Shown piece after piece: positions 1-8,301 of a stretch of 43,224 nucleotides of DNA. The notes under the pieces are model-generated. The model did no database searches. It was not told the origin of the DNA and was given only the letters and a program-made list of their open reading frames with translations. Made by a program: the position numbers and the translations under genes. The first letter of the stretch is position 1, and every line of letters begins with the position of its first letter. The DNA comes from a virus, in UHGV virus genome UHGV-0208947. One strand, 5' to 3'.

Positions 1-960
1 ATCACTCAGCGCCAGAATGGCCCGGCAACGATCGATTCCCGCTTTCTTTAATACAGAACTGTCATTACTGTCACCGGGGATAACATCAGCATTATCGCCT
101 AAGCGTTGCTCAAGTTGCTTGATATCATCTTCAGGCAAGTTGCTGATAACCGTTACGTTTTGTCCGCGTTGATTCAGTTGCAGGATCGTATTGATGGCGA
201 GAATCGAATGTCCGCAAACAATAAAATGATCTTTACGATGCATTGTATGATTGTTTCCTTTTACAAGTTTGTTGAATCCCCCGCGGATAAGCGGACCAAA
301 AATTGAGGTCATAGATGTGGCAAAAACGGTAATGCCGGAAATAATGACCGAAATAGTGAACAATCGTGCTGATTCAGAAACAGGGACAATATCGCCATAG
401 CCGACGGTTGACATGGTTTCTATCGAAAAATAGAACGCGGTCATCAAACTTTCTATTCGCGGATTAAAACCTTCGCTTAAATAAAGCGCACCGTAGGTTG
501 AGTAAAACAGTAATGTCGTGAAACTAATAAATGCAAAAATTGTCCCGGCTGCGGCGCTACTGTGGGAGAAGTCTTTGCGCAGTATCAGCAAAAACACCAG
601 CGTAAAAATGCAAAATCCAATACTAAATTTCAGCCAGGGATAAAAATGCAGGGTGTAAATTAGCGCTATCAACAACAAAATGATACTGATTGCCCATGCG
701 AGCTTTGCCCGGAACAGTAAGCCAATGGAGTTCAGGACAAGAAAGACGCCGAGCATAAATAGTGGGGCGTTTGCCAGCAAGGAGAGATCCAACTCTGAAA
801 ATGCTTTGATATGGAAAATATCAAGCAAATTGACCGACATACCATAGATTGTTTTAAAAATAAGCAATCCATTTAAAAAGACGGCCAGCGCGAGAATGTC
901 GTGCCGTAGGGTCACCCATAAATTTGTTGCTGTTTGTTTGAATGTAGCCCAGTGACTCAC
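1..960 (-). CDS. kch: Voltage-gated K+ channel Kch-like protein, partial (C-terminal part runs off the window start)
   Basis: Minus-strand ORF starting with GTG at 960-958 (MSHWATFKQ...), several hydrophobic segments, K+ selectivity-filter signature TVGYGD encoded by the reverse complement of 391-408; open to position 1 with no stop. Confidence 0.8.
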   Translation of the reverse strand, partial: MSHWATFKQTATNLWVTLRHDILALAVFLNGLLIFKTIYGMSVNLLDIFHIKAFSELDLSLLANAPLFMLGVFLVLNSIGLLFRAKLAWAISIILLLIALIYTLHFYPWLKFSIGFCIFTLVFLLILRKDFSHSSAAAGTIFAFISFTTLLFYSTYGALYLSEGFNPRIESLMTAFYFSIETMSTVGYGDIVPVSESARLFTISVIISGITVFATSMTSIFGPLIRGGFNKLVKGNNHTMHRKDHFIVCGHSILAINTILQLNQRGQNVTVISNLPEDDIKQLEQRLGDNADVIPGDSNDSSVLKKAGIDRCRAILALSD

Positions 961-1417
961 TGATACCTCTGTAACCACAATTTTGTTTAATAATCTTAGC
1001 GTGCACATTTTCTGAACATACATGCAGCGCGTGAATGTGTTAAACAATAGTAGATGACTTTATCGGCAGTAATCAAAGGTTTTGAGCGAGCAACTCTGCG
1101 TCAGGAAAGGGCATTTTCCTGAATATGTTCACATCATATAAAGAAATACAGATAAAGCTATTATCTGCTTGTGGTGGTGAATGCACTGACCGGCTATAAG
1201 GAAAGGCCAAACAAGAACACGGTTGCAAAAACCGTGCCCTTAAATATTGAATCTCTATTCAGAACACTTTCTTAAATTGTCATTTGGCATATTACGAACA
1301 ATTCCGCGTAAAAACGTTCTGTTACGCTAAACCCTTATCCAGCAGGCTTTCAAGGATGTAAACCATAACACTCTGCGAACTAGTGTTACATTGCGTGTAG
1401 CTTTGAGTGGGCAACTT

Positions 1418-1458
1418 TGTGTACACTTTTGTGTACCCAAAAACAAAAATGTGTACCC
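1418..1458 (+). repeat. Three direct repeats TGTGTAC(A/C)C immediately upstream of the integrase start; candidate arm-type Int binding sites or int regulatory repeats
   Basis: TGTGTACAC at 1418-1426, TGTGTACCC at 1430-1438 and 1450-1458, same orientation. Confidence 0.4.
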
Positions 1459-1463
1459 ATTCA

Positions 1464-2657
1464 ATGATCACCGACACAAAGCTCAGGAAGGCGCTCGGCA
1501 AGAAAAGAGATGATATCGAGATTATTTCTGATTCGCACGGGCTCAACGCCAGAATCAGCCAGGCCGGAAAAATATCATTTTTCTATCGGTATCGCTGGGC
1601 CGGTAAAGCGGTAAAACTCAATGTTGGTGATTATCCTGCAATGAGTATCACCCAGGCAAGAGAGCGTCGCCAACAATTCAGAAACTGGTTAACTGAGGGA
1701 CTGGATCCGCGAGAGCAGGTGAAGCTGGATAAGCAGACCCGACAGGAAGCGATGTCCGTTGCCGAAGCGTTCAATTACTGGATTGAAAGGCACTGTATCG
1801 CTAACGGGCTAGTTAAAGTCGATTACTATCGCTAGGTGTTTGAGAAACATATCGCCGAACCGATGAAGAATGTCAAAGTCGATAACACAGCGAAAATGCA
1901 CTGGATCAACGTCTTCGATTCTATAGAAAGCAGGGTGATGGCTCATTACATGCTTTCGCTGTGCAAACGGGCGTTTAGGTTCTGCGTTAACAGAAGTGTG
2001 ATCGCCTCAAACCCACTCGAGGGATTACTGCCATCTGATGTCGGGCAAAAGCCTAAAAAGAGAACTCGCAGGATGGACGATGACGATCTGCGCAAAATCT
2101 ATCAGTGGTTGAAAAGCCATATGTCGATAGAGTCCGTTTTCCTGGTGAAATTTATTATGCTTACCGGATGCCGTACGGCTGAGATTCGACTTAGTGAGAG
2201 ATCATGGTTTCGATTGGATGATAATGAGTGGGTCGTGCCTGCGGGCAGTTATAAAACTCGGGTACATATTAGAAGGGGACTCTCAGACGCCGCCGTTAAC
2301 CTGGTCAGAAATCACCTCAAGAAAATAAACACCAATCACCTGGTGACTTCACAACGTAAAATTGATGGCGGGATCAAAGATTCGCCCGTTCATTCACCTG
2401 TGGCATCCAATTACGCCCGTTCTATTTGGAATGGAACAGGTATGGCAGAGTGGTCGCTTCATGATATGAGGCGGACGATAGCCACAAATCTCTCTGAGTT
2501 AGGTTGCCCGCCGCACGTAATTGAAAAGCTGCTCGGGCATCAGATGGTGGGGGTTATGGCGCATTACAACCTTCATGACTATATCGATGATCAGAAACAC
2601 TGGCTCCGCGTTTGGCAGAGCCATCTTGAAGAGATCATCGGAGAGCCCTTCAGTTAA
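1464..2657 (+). pseudogene. int: P4-type tyrosine integrase interrupted by an in-frame TAG (amber) codon at 1833-1835
   Basis: N-terminal [14 protein letters not shown]...[31 protein letters not shown] resembles the arm-binding domain of P4-like integrases; C-terminal part (ORF 1836-2657) has HxxR and a terminal MAHYNLHDY tyrosine motif. Track ORFs 1407-1835 and 1836-2657 are in the same frame, separated only by TAG. Confidence 0.6.
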
Positions 2658-2896
2658 TTTATCTTCTTTTTATCCTCCCACTCTTTGATTGACTCAGAGC
2701 GCCAGCGGTTAGGGTTGCCGGGCCAGTCAGGGGGTGGGAACGGGCATACGAAGCCCCGAGGCATTGTGTCTGCACTTTGCCATGACCAAAGGGTTTTGCG
2801 TGAAATTTTGTAGCGACTGGTCAGGTCTGACGTTACCAAAATATCATCCATAGCTCTCTCCAGTTGCCCGTTCGGGCCATTCAAAATCTTTTTCAA
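2654..2896 (-). CDS. AlpA-family small DNA-binding protein (putative excisionase or regulator)
   Basis: 80-aa ORF adjacent to int; ...[15 protein letters not shown]... resembles AlpA/Xis-type HTH; start codon uncertain. Confidence 0.5.
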
Positions 2897-3135
2897 CCAA
2901 CCTGCCCGGGCAGGGAGCGGAGACGGCGCATGCCGGTCATCGCTGTGGCCACGTAGCTCGCCTTTCGGTTCACCACCTCCACCCAGACTTTCACGCCTTC
3001 AACCTTCACCGTATAAGTCTCTTTCATCTTGCTTCGCCCATAGTCGCCATATGTTTGCAAGTGAGCTGCCAGCGCGATGTCGCATGCTTGGCGAGCTAAA
3101 GGTGATTGCTTACTTCCTCGATTGATCAGTCGCAT
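2893..3135 (-). CDS. Hypothetical prophage protein
   Basis: 80-aa ORF co-oriented and overlapping the neighbouring gene by 4 nt; no recognisable motif. Confidence 0.4.
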   Translation of the reverse strand: MRLINRGSKQSPLARQACDIALAAHLQTYGDYGRSKMKETYTVKVEGVKVWVEVVNRKASYVATAMTGMRRLRSLPGQVG

Positions 3136-3173
3136 ATAATCTCCTTGAGGGAGGGTTACCCCTCCCGGTCTCG

Positions 3174-4292
3174 TCAGGCCACGTATTCCGGTTTCATATC
3201 CGCCAGGGTGATGCTGAATTGATCGTGCAGTTCATCGCCTAAGTGACGCTTTGAAGATGCAAGCATGCGCTCGGCTTCAGCGAACCGTTCGGCTGCATGC
3301 GGCTCGTCGGGCTGGGGCAGGGATTTAATAGCCTCCTCAACCTTGTTGCGTGCATCCACTAGGTAATAACGCTTTACGGCTTTGTTTTTCAGCTCGGTGA
3401 ATAGTGCGGATCCCAGCGTAGCTTTCGCCGTTTCAATGTCGGCACGCAGCGATTTGGCGCTATCCACGTCCTGAGCAGATTCGATGCGTTCGCGGAAATC
3501 ATCGGCAAGAGAGTCGACATTTACCGACGATTCCTGTGCGCTTTGCGTGGTTGTGACGGTGTCACCTGAGATATCAGCCAGGCTAACGCGTTGCGGCGTT
3601 GGGTTGATCTCTTTTTCTGTGCGCTGTTCAATCTCATCAGGGGTGTACACACCAAGAACAACTGCAGGGCAATACAGGCGCGCCCAGTATTTGAGTGCCA
3701 GATAAGCGATCTGCTGTTTCGGGTTTGATACCCAAAGTGGAGAATTACGTGTGATTACGCTGGAGAGGAAAACAGGCTCTCCCCAGGTGATATCACTTTC
3801 ACCGCGAATAACGGCACCTACCCGTACCGACAGTCCTTGTTCATCAGCACTTTCCCAACCGCGTACCATTTCTTTCTTGTCGTACGTCCCGCCACCTTTC
3901 GCAGGCTTTTTAACGGTTATCTCGCGGCTGCTGGCACATTTCGACCAGTCGCCCTCGTACTCATAGTGAAAGCGGCCAACGATGGCGTTTGAGCTGGAGA
4001 TCACCGCATTAACCAGTTGCGCTTCGTATCCCAGGACACCGTTAACCAGGTGCGTCTTTTGCGCCACGGCGTAAGGGTTCATACCCCACTGCATCGCCTG
4101 CATGATGATGGCCATGCAGTCTGCCGGATTGCCGCGGAGGTGCTCAGGCACCGTTACGGCTGCCTGTGCCATCAACCCGGCGACAGACTGAAGCTGGGTT
4201 AAAGCCTGCACGTTGAAAATGGCATTGCTGGCTGAGATCGTGTTTGGAGTCTGCTGTTCAGCGGTTACGATATTCGTGTTTTCCATCATCAT
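3174..4292 (-). CDS. RecT-family single-strand annealing protein (candidate)
   Basis: 372-aa ORF immediately downstream of the RecE-like exonuclease; region ...VPEHLRGNPADCMAIIMQAMQWGMNPY...GVLGYEAQLVNAV... follows the RecT-like pattern as I recall it. Confidence 0.55.
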   Translation of the reverse strand: MMMENTNIVTAEQQTPNTISASNAIFNVQALTQLQSVAGLMAQAAVTVPEHLRGNPADCMAIIMQAMQWGMNPYAVAQKTHLVNGVLGYEAQLVNAVISSSNAIVGRFHYEYEGDWSKCASSREITVKKPAKGGGTYDKKEMVRGWESADEQGLSVRVGAVIRGESDITWGEPVFLSSVITRNSPLWVSNPKQQIAYLALKYWARLYCPAVVLGVYTPDEIEQRTEKEINPTPQRVSLADISGDTVTTTQSAQESSVNVDSLADDFRERIESAQDVDSAKSLRADIETAKATLGSALFTELKNKAVKRYYLVDARNKVEEAIKSLPQPDEPHAAERFAEAERMLASSKRHLGDELHDQFSITLADMKPEYVA

Positions 4293-4297
4293 TCCCC

Positions 4298-7207
4298 TTA
4301 TGCATGAGTACGCAGCGCTTCAAGGCGGCGCAGGTCGAAGTCGTTCAGTTCGTCGGTGTAGTCAGCAGTGATTGGCGCTGGCCATTCACCTGTGTCGAAT
4401 CCGGTTGCGATATTGCGCATCGCTTTGCGGTACTCGAGCATACCCAGCTCCAGTAGTTCAGCGGATGCCTCGATGATGGCGATCCAGTGGTAGTTCTCGT
4501 CTTTGTTGACGAAAATCCAGAAGAACTGATCCAGCGCTGCGGTTTCGCAGTACATAGCCGCGCTCAGGTGATAATCACGTTCAATAATTTCCCGGTGTAG
4601 CCTGGCGCGCAGGCTTTCCTGCTTAACATTCCACATGCTGATGGTTTTCAGGTCAGCACCGATACGCACGCCGTCTAGGTCGATCTCAAGGTCAGGGCGC
4701 ACACGAACTTCCAGTCCCGTCTCCTCGTCAAAGCCAAAGTAGCTCACCTCAACGGCGCGGCTCGGGTGGGTTAGCAGCATGCCTGCGGTCGGGTGCGAGA
4801 GCAGTGCTGACTGAATTGCCTGCGCGGTGGCAAGTTGCTGGTGGGTAACCAGCACTTTCCCTTCCGGGTTGTTGCGCCAAGCATCGAGCAGCTCGTCGGC
4901 GAACACTGCATCTGGTTTGACTGCCTTCACGGCCTGAATCAGATCGGCCTTCGTGCCAGAGACTTTCAGCGGTTGCAGCTTCTGAGCTTCCTGCGCGACC
5001 AGGTCAGGATTGATAATCGCAAGTTGTTCGAGTAGTGCGTCGCGGCTGCCGCTGGTTTTAATCTGCGCTGGCAGGGTGGCGTTGTACTCTTTGATGCACG
5101 CCTTCATTGCTGTTGCTGTCTTCTTCTGATCTGCATCGATACGTTGGAATTCAGCTGGCAGCGCCATATAGTTCTGCGCCGTTTCATCCAGGCTAGCGCC
5201 CAGCGGCACCAGCGCTGGCAGGGTGGCGTTGTATTCATCCAGCAAAGCTTTGATATCGTCTGCGCTCAGTTGCGCTGGCAGGCTGGCGTTGTACTCATCA
5301 ATAAACGCGCGGATCGTTGCCGTGGTGGTAAATGCACCTTCCGGAATTACGGGTTCAACGCTAAATTCTTCATCAAGCTGTTCTGGCTGCAACGCCAGCG
5401 CATGTACCAGGTTTCCCATGTCCAGCACTGAGGAGCGCTCTTTGACGATGGTTTTCTCAACGTGGCGCGCATTGAAGTACATCAGCGAAACGCGCGCATC
5501 TTTTACCTGGGTGGAACTGATGCCGTTGGCAGCGTGGTAAACCTCGTTCGGCAGACCTTCATAGCGCCCAGGCTCGAAGTAATCGGGGTAAAAAACAGCT
5601 TGTTCGTCAGATTGCGCCTCTGGCTCGACGTGTGCCAAAACTGGTTCAGTCTGGTTTACAGAATCGCTATTTTGAGCGACAGATTCCGTATTTTGGTTTA
5701 CATCGGCCTGCTGGCCGGGATGTGACTCTTCACCAGTTTCCAGACTGCTTTCGCCTGACTGCATTTCATTACCAACATTTTTTTCATCACTGACAGTTTC
5801 TTGAACCTGCACATTGCTGGTGGTTTCCGTAGCCTGTTTCGTGCCATGAGTTGCTGAGTTCTGCAGTAAAGCCGTAACATCGAATATTCCGTTGCCGACA
5901 TTTTTAACCAGTTCTTGTTCGGCTTTATGTGGTTGTGCTGTCGCTTCCTCTGCGCGGCGGCGTGCTTCTTCTTCACGTACGCGTTGCAGGTTCTCTTCGT
6001 GAGTGCAGAAGGGTTTGCGTGGAGACTCCTTACTTTCAGGTTGGGGAATTTCCTGTGTTGCGGGCTCAGCTTCATGCAATGGCAATAACTCAACAGCAGC
6101 ATTAAACGCAGCAGTCATGGTCCGGTTAACAAACTCCAGGTGAGCGACAGGAGTTAGATGAATATTTTCCGGCGCGATACGTATCAGGTTAAAAATAGCT
6201 GTGCGGTTAACGCCAAGAACGCCGGGTTGATTGCGCAGAATGCTGCTCCATGATTTCCACGGTTCTTCTTTTTTGGTCACGATTTCTTTAGCGCGACGAA
6301 GAATGCTGCCCGGGATCTCGAAGTGGTTGAAGTCCATAGGCAGAAGGGCACATGCAATCTCTAAATCGAGAGTGTCAAGGGTATGGTATGTATCAGGTCC
6401 ACGGTCAGTGACGTAACCGCCGTTGGCATTGGTTCCGGAATCAGTACGCTGAACACTACTGATGTGATTACCGGCAGCCCATTCACGCGCCAGGATGCCA
6501 CGGTCAATGTAATCAGTAGCCGCCCACATTCTGGTGAAACGGAGTACCAGCGCGAGTTCGTGACGCTTGTCCTGGCTGAACACTTTGCGAATGGCATCGG
6601 TGTAGCGCCACAGGTCTTTGGTGTCGTAACCCTTCACTTCCGGGCAGTTCTCAGCAGCTAACAGCAAGTTCTGGACGTAACTGTTATCAGTGTCCATCTC
6701 CAGCGCGCCGATAGCTTCGTACTCTTCGCGGGTTACGTGGTGGCGCAGTTCGTCGGCGGTGAACTGGGAAAGCAGTTGCTTACGAAACGGCATCTGCACT
6801 ACCGGGTAGAGGGTTGAGTCGTCGTCGTGTTCGTCCAGCGTGATGCCAGCGGTTTCTGGCAGCGTTGACTCAGTAGTTATGTGACTATCAACGGTCTGAG
6901 CCGTTTTCTCGTCAGAGTTTTCAGCTGTGACTTTTGGCAGCCAGGTGCGGTCATCGTTCTGCAGTTCGTAGCGTTCGCACCAGGTGTAATCCACTGCGCC
7001 TTCTTCCGGCAGGTCGTCATATACCGGGAAATCGGTGCGGATTGGTTTGGCATAATCTTTACCGCGGCCAGTTTCTTCAATTCCGGCTTCTTCCAGTGCC
7101 ACATCGAGTTGGAGATTGGCGCGCGCTACACTTTTCGCAGTGAACCAAATCACTGCATCTTTCTTGCCAGACTTCTGACTGGCTTTTATCAGATGGAAAA
7201 ATTCCAT
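4298..7207 (-). CDS. RecE-like exonuclease VIII (recombination exonuclease)
   Basis: Long ORF; start taken at the ATG at 7207-7205 (MEFFHLIK...) preceded by AAGAGGA with 6-nt spacing; the track start at 7312 is GTG. Acidic C-terminal domain and position upstream of the RecT-like gene fit a RecE/RecT pair; contains internal EYNA(S/T)LPA repeats. Confidence 0.6.
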   Translation of the reverse strand: MEFFHLIKASQKSGKKDAVIWFTAKSVARANLQLDVALEEAGIEETGRGKDYAKPIRTDFPVYDDLPEEGAVDYTWCERYELQNDDRTWLPKVTAENSDEKTAQTVDSHITTESTLPETAGITLDEHDDDSTLYPVVQMPFRKQLLSQFTADELRHHVTREEYEAIGALEMDTDNSYVQNLLLAAENCPEVKGYDTKDLWRYTDAIRKVFSQDKRHELALVLRFTRMWAATDYIDRGILAREWAAGNHISSVQRTDSGTNANGGYVTDRGPDTYHTLDTLDLEIACALLPMDFNHFEIPGSILRRAKEIVTKKEEPWKSWSSILRNQPGVLGVNRTAIFNLIRIAPENIHLTPVAHLEFVNRTMTAAFNAAVELLPLHEAEPATQEIPQPESKESPRKPFCTHEENLQRVREEEARRRAEEATAQPHKAEQELVKNVGNGIFDVTALLQNSATHGTKQATETTSNVQVQETVSDEKNVGNEMQSGESSLETGEESHPGQQADVNQNTESVAQNSDSVNQTEPVLAHVEPEAQSDEQAVFYPDYFEPGRYEGLPNEVYHAANGISSTQVKDARVSLMYFNARHVEKTIVKERSSVLDMGNLVHALALQPEQLDEEFSVEPVIPEGAFTTTATIRAFIDEYNASLPAQLSADDIKALLDEYNATLPALVPLGASLDETAQNYMALPAEFQRIDADQKKTATAMKACIKEYNATLPAQIKTSGSRDALLEQLAIINPDLVAQEAQKLQPLKVSGTKADLIQAVKAVKPDAVFADELLDAWRNNPEGKVLVTHQQLATAQAIQSALLSHPTAGMLLTHPSRAVEVSYFGFDEETGLEVRVRPDLEIDLDGVRIGADLKTISMWNVKQESLRARLHREIIERDYHLSAAMYCETAALDQFFWIFVNKDENYHWIAIIEASAELLELGMLEYRKAMRNIATGFDTGEWPAPITADYTDELNDFDLRRLEALRTHA

Positions 7208-7345
7208 GTGAGATCCTCTTTTTTGAGTGTTAGAATCCCCGGGCCAGAGATAGCGCCCATTGGATGTTTTTTGGTTTGGTATAAATTCCGGTGTAACTTT
7301 GGTCGGTGGCACCGGACGTGAATCCCGCCTTGCGCGGGTTTTACG

Positions 7346-7507
7346 TTAGCCTTCGTGAGCCATCTGGTCGTGCGAAGCGCAACGTTTGGAGCAATACTCT
7401 TTTTCTTTGCGCGCCAGCTGTGAGCCGTTGCGATAGAGAAGGGTGCTCTTGATTACTTCCTCCGTTTTAACCGGCTTGCCGCAATATCCGCATTTCTTGT
7501 CTAACAT
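7346..7507 (-). CDS. Small zinc-ribbon protein (53 aa), hypothetical
   Basis: ATG at 7507-7505 preceded by GGAGGA; MLDKKCGYCGKPVKTEEV...YCSKRCASHDQMAHEG contains CxxC...CxxxC; below the 60-aa track cutoff. Confidence 0.45.
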   Translation of the reverse strand: MLDKKCGYCGKPVKTEEVIKSTLLYRNGSQLARKEKEYCSKRCASHDQMAHEG

Positions 7508-7518
7508 GACATCCTCCG

Positions 7519-7869
7519 CTAGTGGCTGAGTCCATGCCCCAGACCGTTCAGATAAACTTCAACCAGCAAATCCTTGGTGTAAGTCATTTCTACGCCGCGA
7601 TGCAGATACAAACGTCCGCGAGCGTTAGCTGATGCCGTCCAGGTTGAGTCTTTGTGTTTGACGAGCATCCCCGGCTGAACTGCGCCGCGGTTTACTGTCT
7701 GTGTACCGTAGTGCTGATGAACCATGATGTTCTCCAGTTTTTCTGAGTGAACTTCGCTGGTGGTGCCGCGGCGCTGATCTTCACGGTTGAGCGTTTTAAC
7801 TCTGCAATTCACCACCGCGAAGCTCACTCTGTGCTTTGCCCTTGTCGCCAGGCTGGCGGAACGTTTCAA
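7519..7869 (-). CDS. Hypothetical early protein in the position of an N-like gene (function not supportable)
   Basis: 116-aa ORF just downstream of the leftward operator; track start is TTG, true start unclear (internal M at MVHQHYG). Confidence 0.35.
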   Translation of the reverse strand: MKRSASLATRAKHRVSFAVVNCRVKTLNREDQRRGTTSEVHSEKLENIMVHQHYGTQTVNRGAVQPGMLVKHKDSTWTASANARGRLYLHRGVEMTYTKDLLVEVYLNGLGHGLSH

Positions 7870-7979
7870 ACCTACTGCGCGTTAATCTCACCACCTCATT
7901 CCGGTCTTCGTATGCCCCGGACGGCTACTTCGTGGGCTCCATGCCTGGGTGGTTCGTGGTGCGTCTTGGTGATTGCATA

Positions 7980-7996
7980 TTAAGCCTGAGACTTAA
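7980..7996. promoter_or_regulatory. Candidate left operator site (17-bp near-palindrome TTAAGCCTGAGACTTAA)
   Basis: Exact reverse complement of the 17-mer at 10194-10210 next to the repressor/cro divergent region. Confidence 0.5.
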
Positions 7997-8027
7997 ATCA
8001 TGTCAAGCTCCAGGCGAAATGTGATTG

Positions 8028-8043
8028 TAAGTTTCAGGCTTAA
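8028..8043. promoter_or_regulatory. Second candidate left operator half-copy (TAAGTTTCAGGCTTAA)
   Basis: 16/17 match to the operator motif, 32 bp from the first copy. Confidence 0.35.
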
Positions 8044-8146
8044 TCGTGATGTTCACCGAATTGCAGGCAAAAAAAATCCCGACGCTAAGGTCGAGATCGG
8101 GGACTTCGTGGCTGGGTGTTGGCGGCTGAGATGGTGGGTGAGGGTG

Positions 8147-8177
8147 TAAAAAACCCGACGCTGTGGCCGGGTTTTTT
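8147..8177. terminator. Candidate rho-independent terminator ending the repressor operon (leftward), possibly bidirectional
   Basis: A-run, GC hairpin CCCGAC/GGCCGGG, T-run; on the minus strand the stem CCCGGC/GTCGGG is followed by T7. Confidence 0.45.
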
Positions 8178-8301
8178 CATTACTGCTGGTTAAATCCTTT
8201 CGGCGAGTGCTGCTGTTCTTTATTACCAAATTTTTGATTTACAATGATTTTATAAGCGTTATTGAGAGCTTGCTTTATAGACATTAATATCTCCTTATGT
8301 G

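Noticed and set aside
960-1420. A tRNA gene at the integration site
   Set aside because: P4-type integrases often target tRNA 3' ends, but I could not see a cloverleaf-compatible sequence with a CCA-proximal acceptor stem between kch and int; only an inverted repeat and direct repeats were found.
4835-7321. Multiple plus-strand ORFs of 60-146 aa inside and antisense to the RecE-like gene (4835-5035, 5144-5431, 5223-5540, 5462-5725, 6231-6416, 6383-6661, 6881-7321, 6934-7143)
   Set aside because: Fully overlapped by the long, coherent minus-strand ORF; no RBS or motif support; typical antisense or frame-shadow ORFs.
7321-7345. Hairpin CCCGC-CTTGC-GCGGG followed by TTTT on the plus strand, as a terminator
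   Set aside because: All nearby genes are on the minus strand, where the hairpin has no T-run; more likely an mRNA structure than a functional terminator.
7519-7869. Calling the 116-aa ORF an N-type antiterminator
   Set aside because: Position fits, but there is no Arg-rich N-terminal motif, I could not locate boxA/boxB-like nut elements, and the start codon is uncertain; left as hypothetical.
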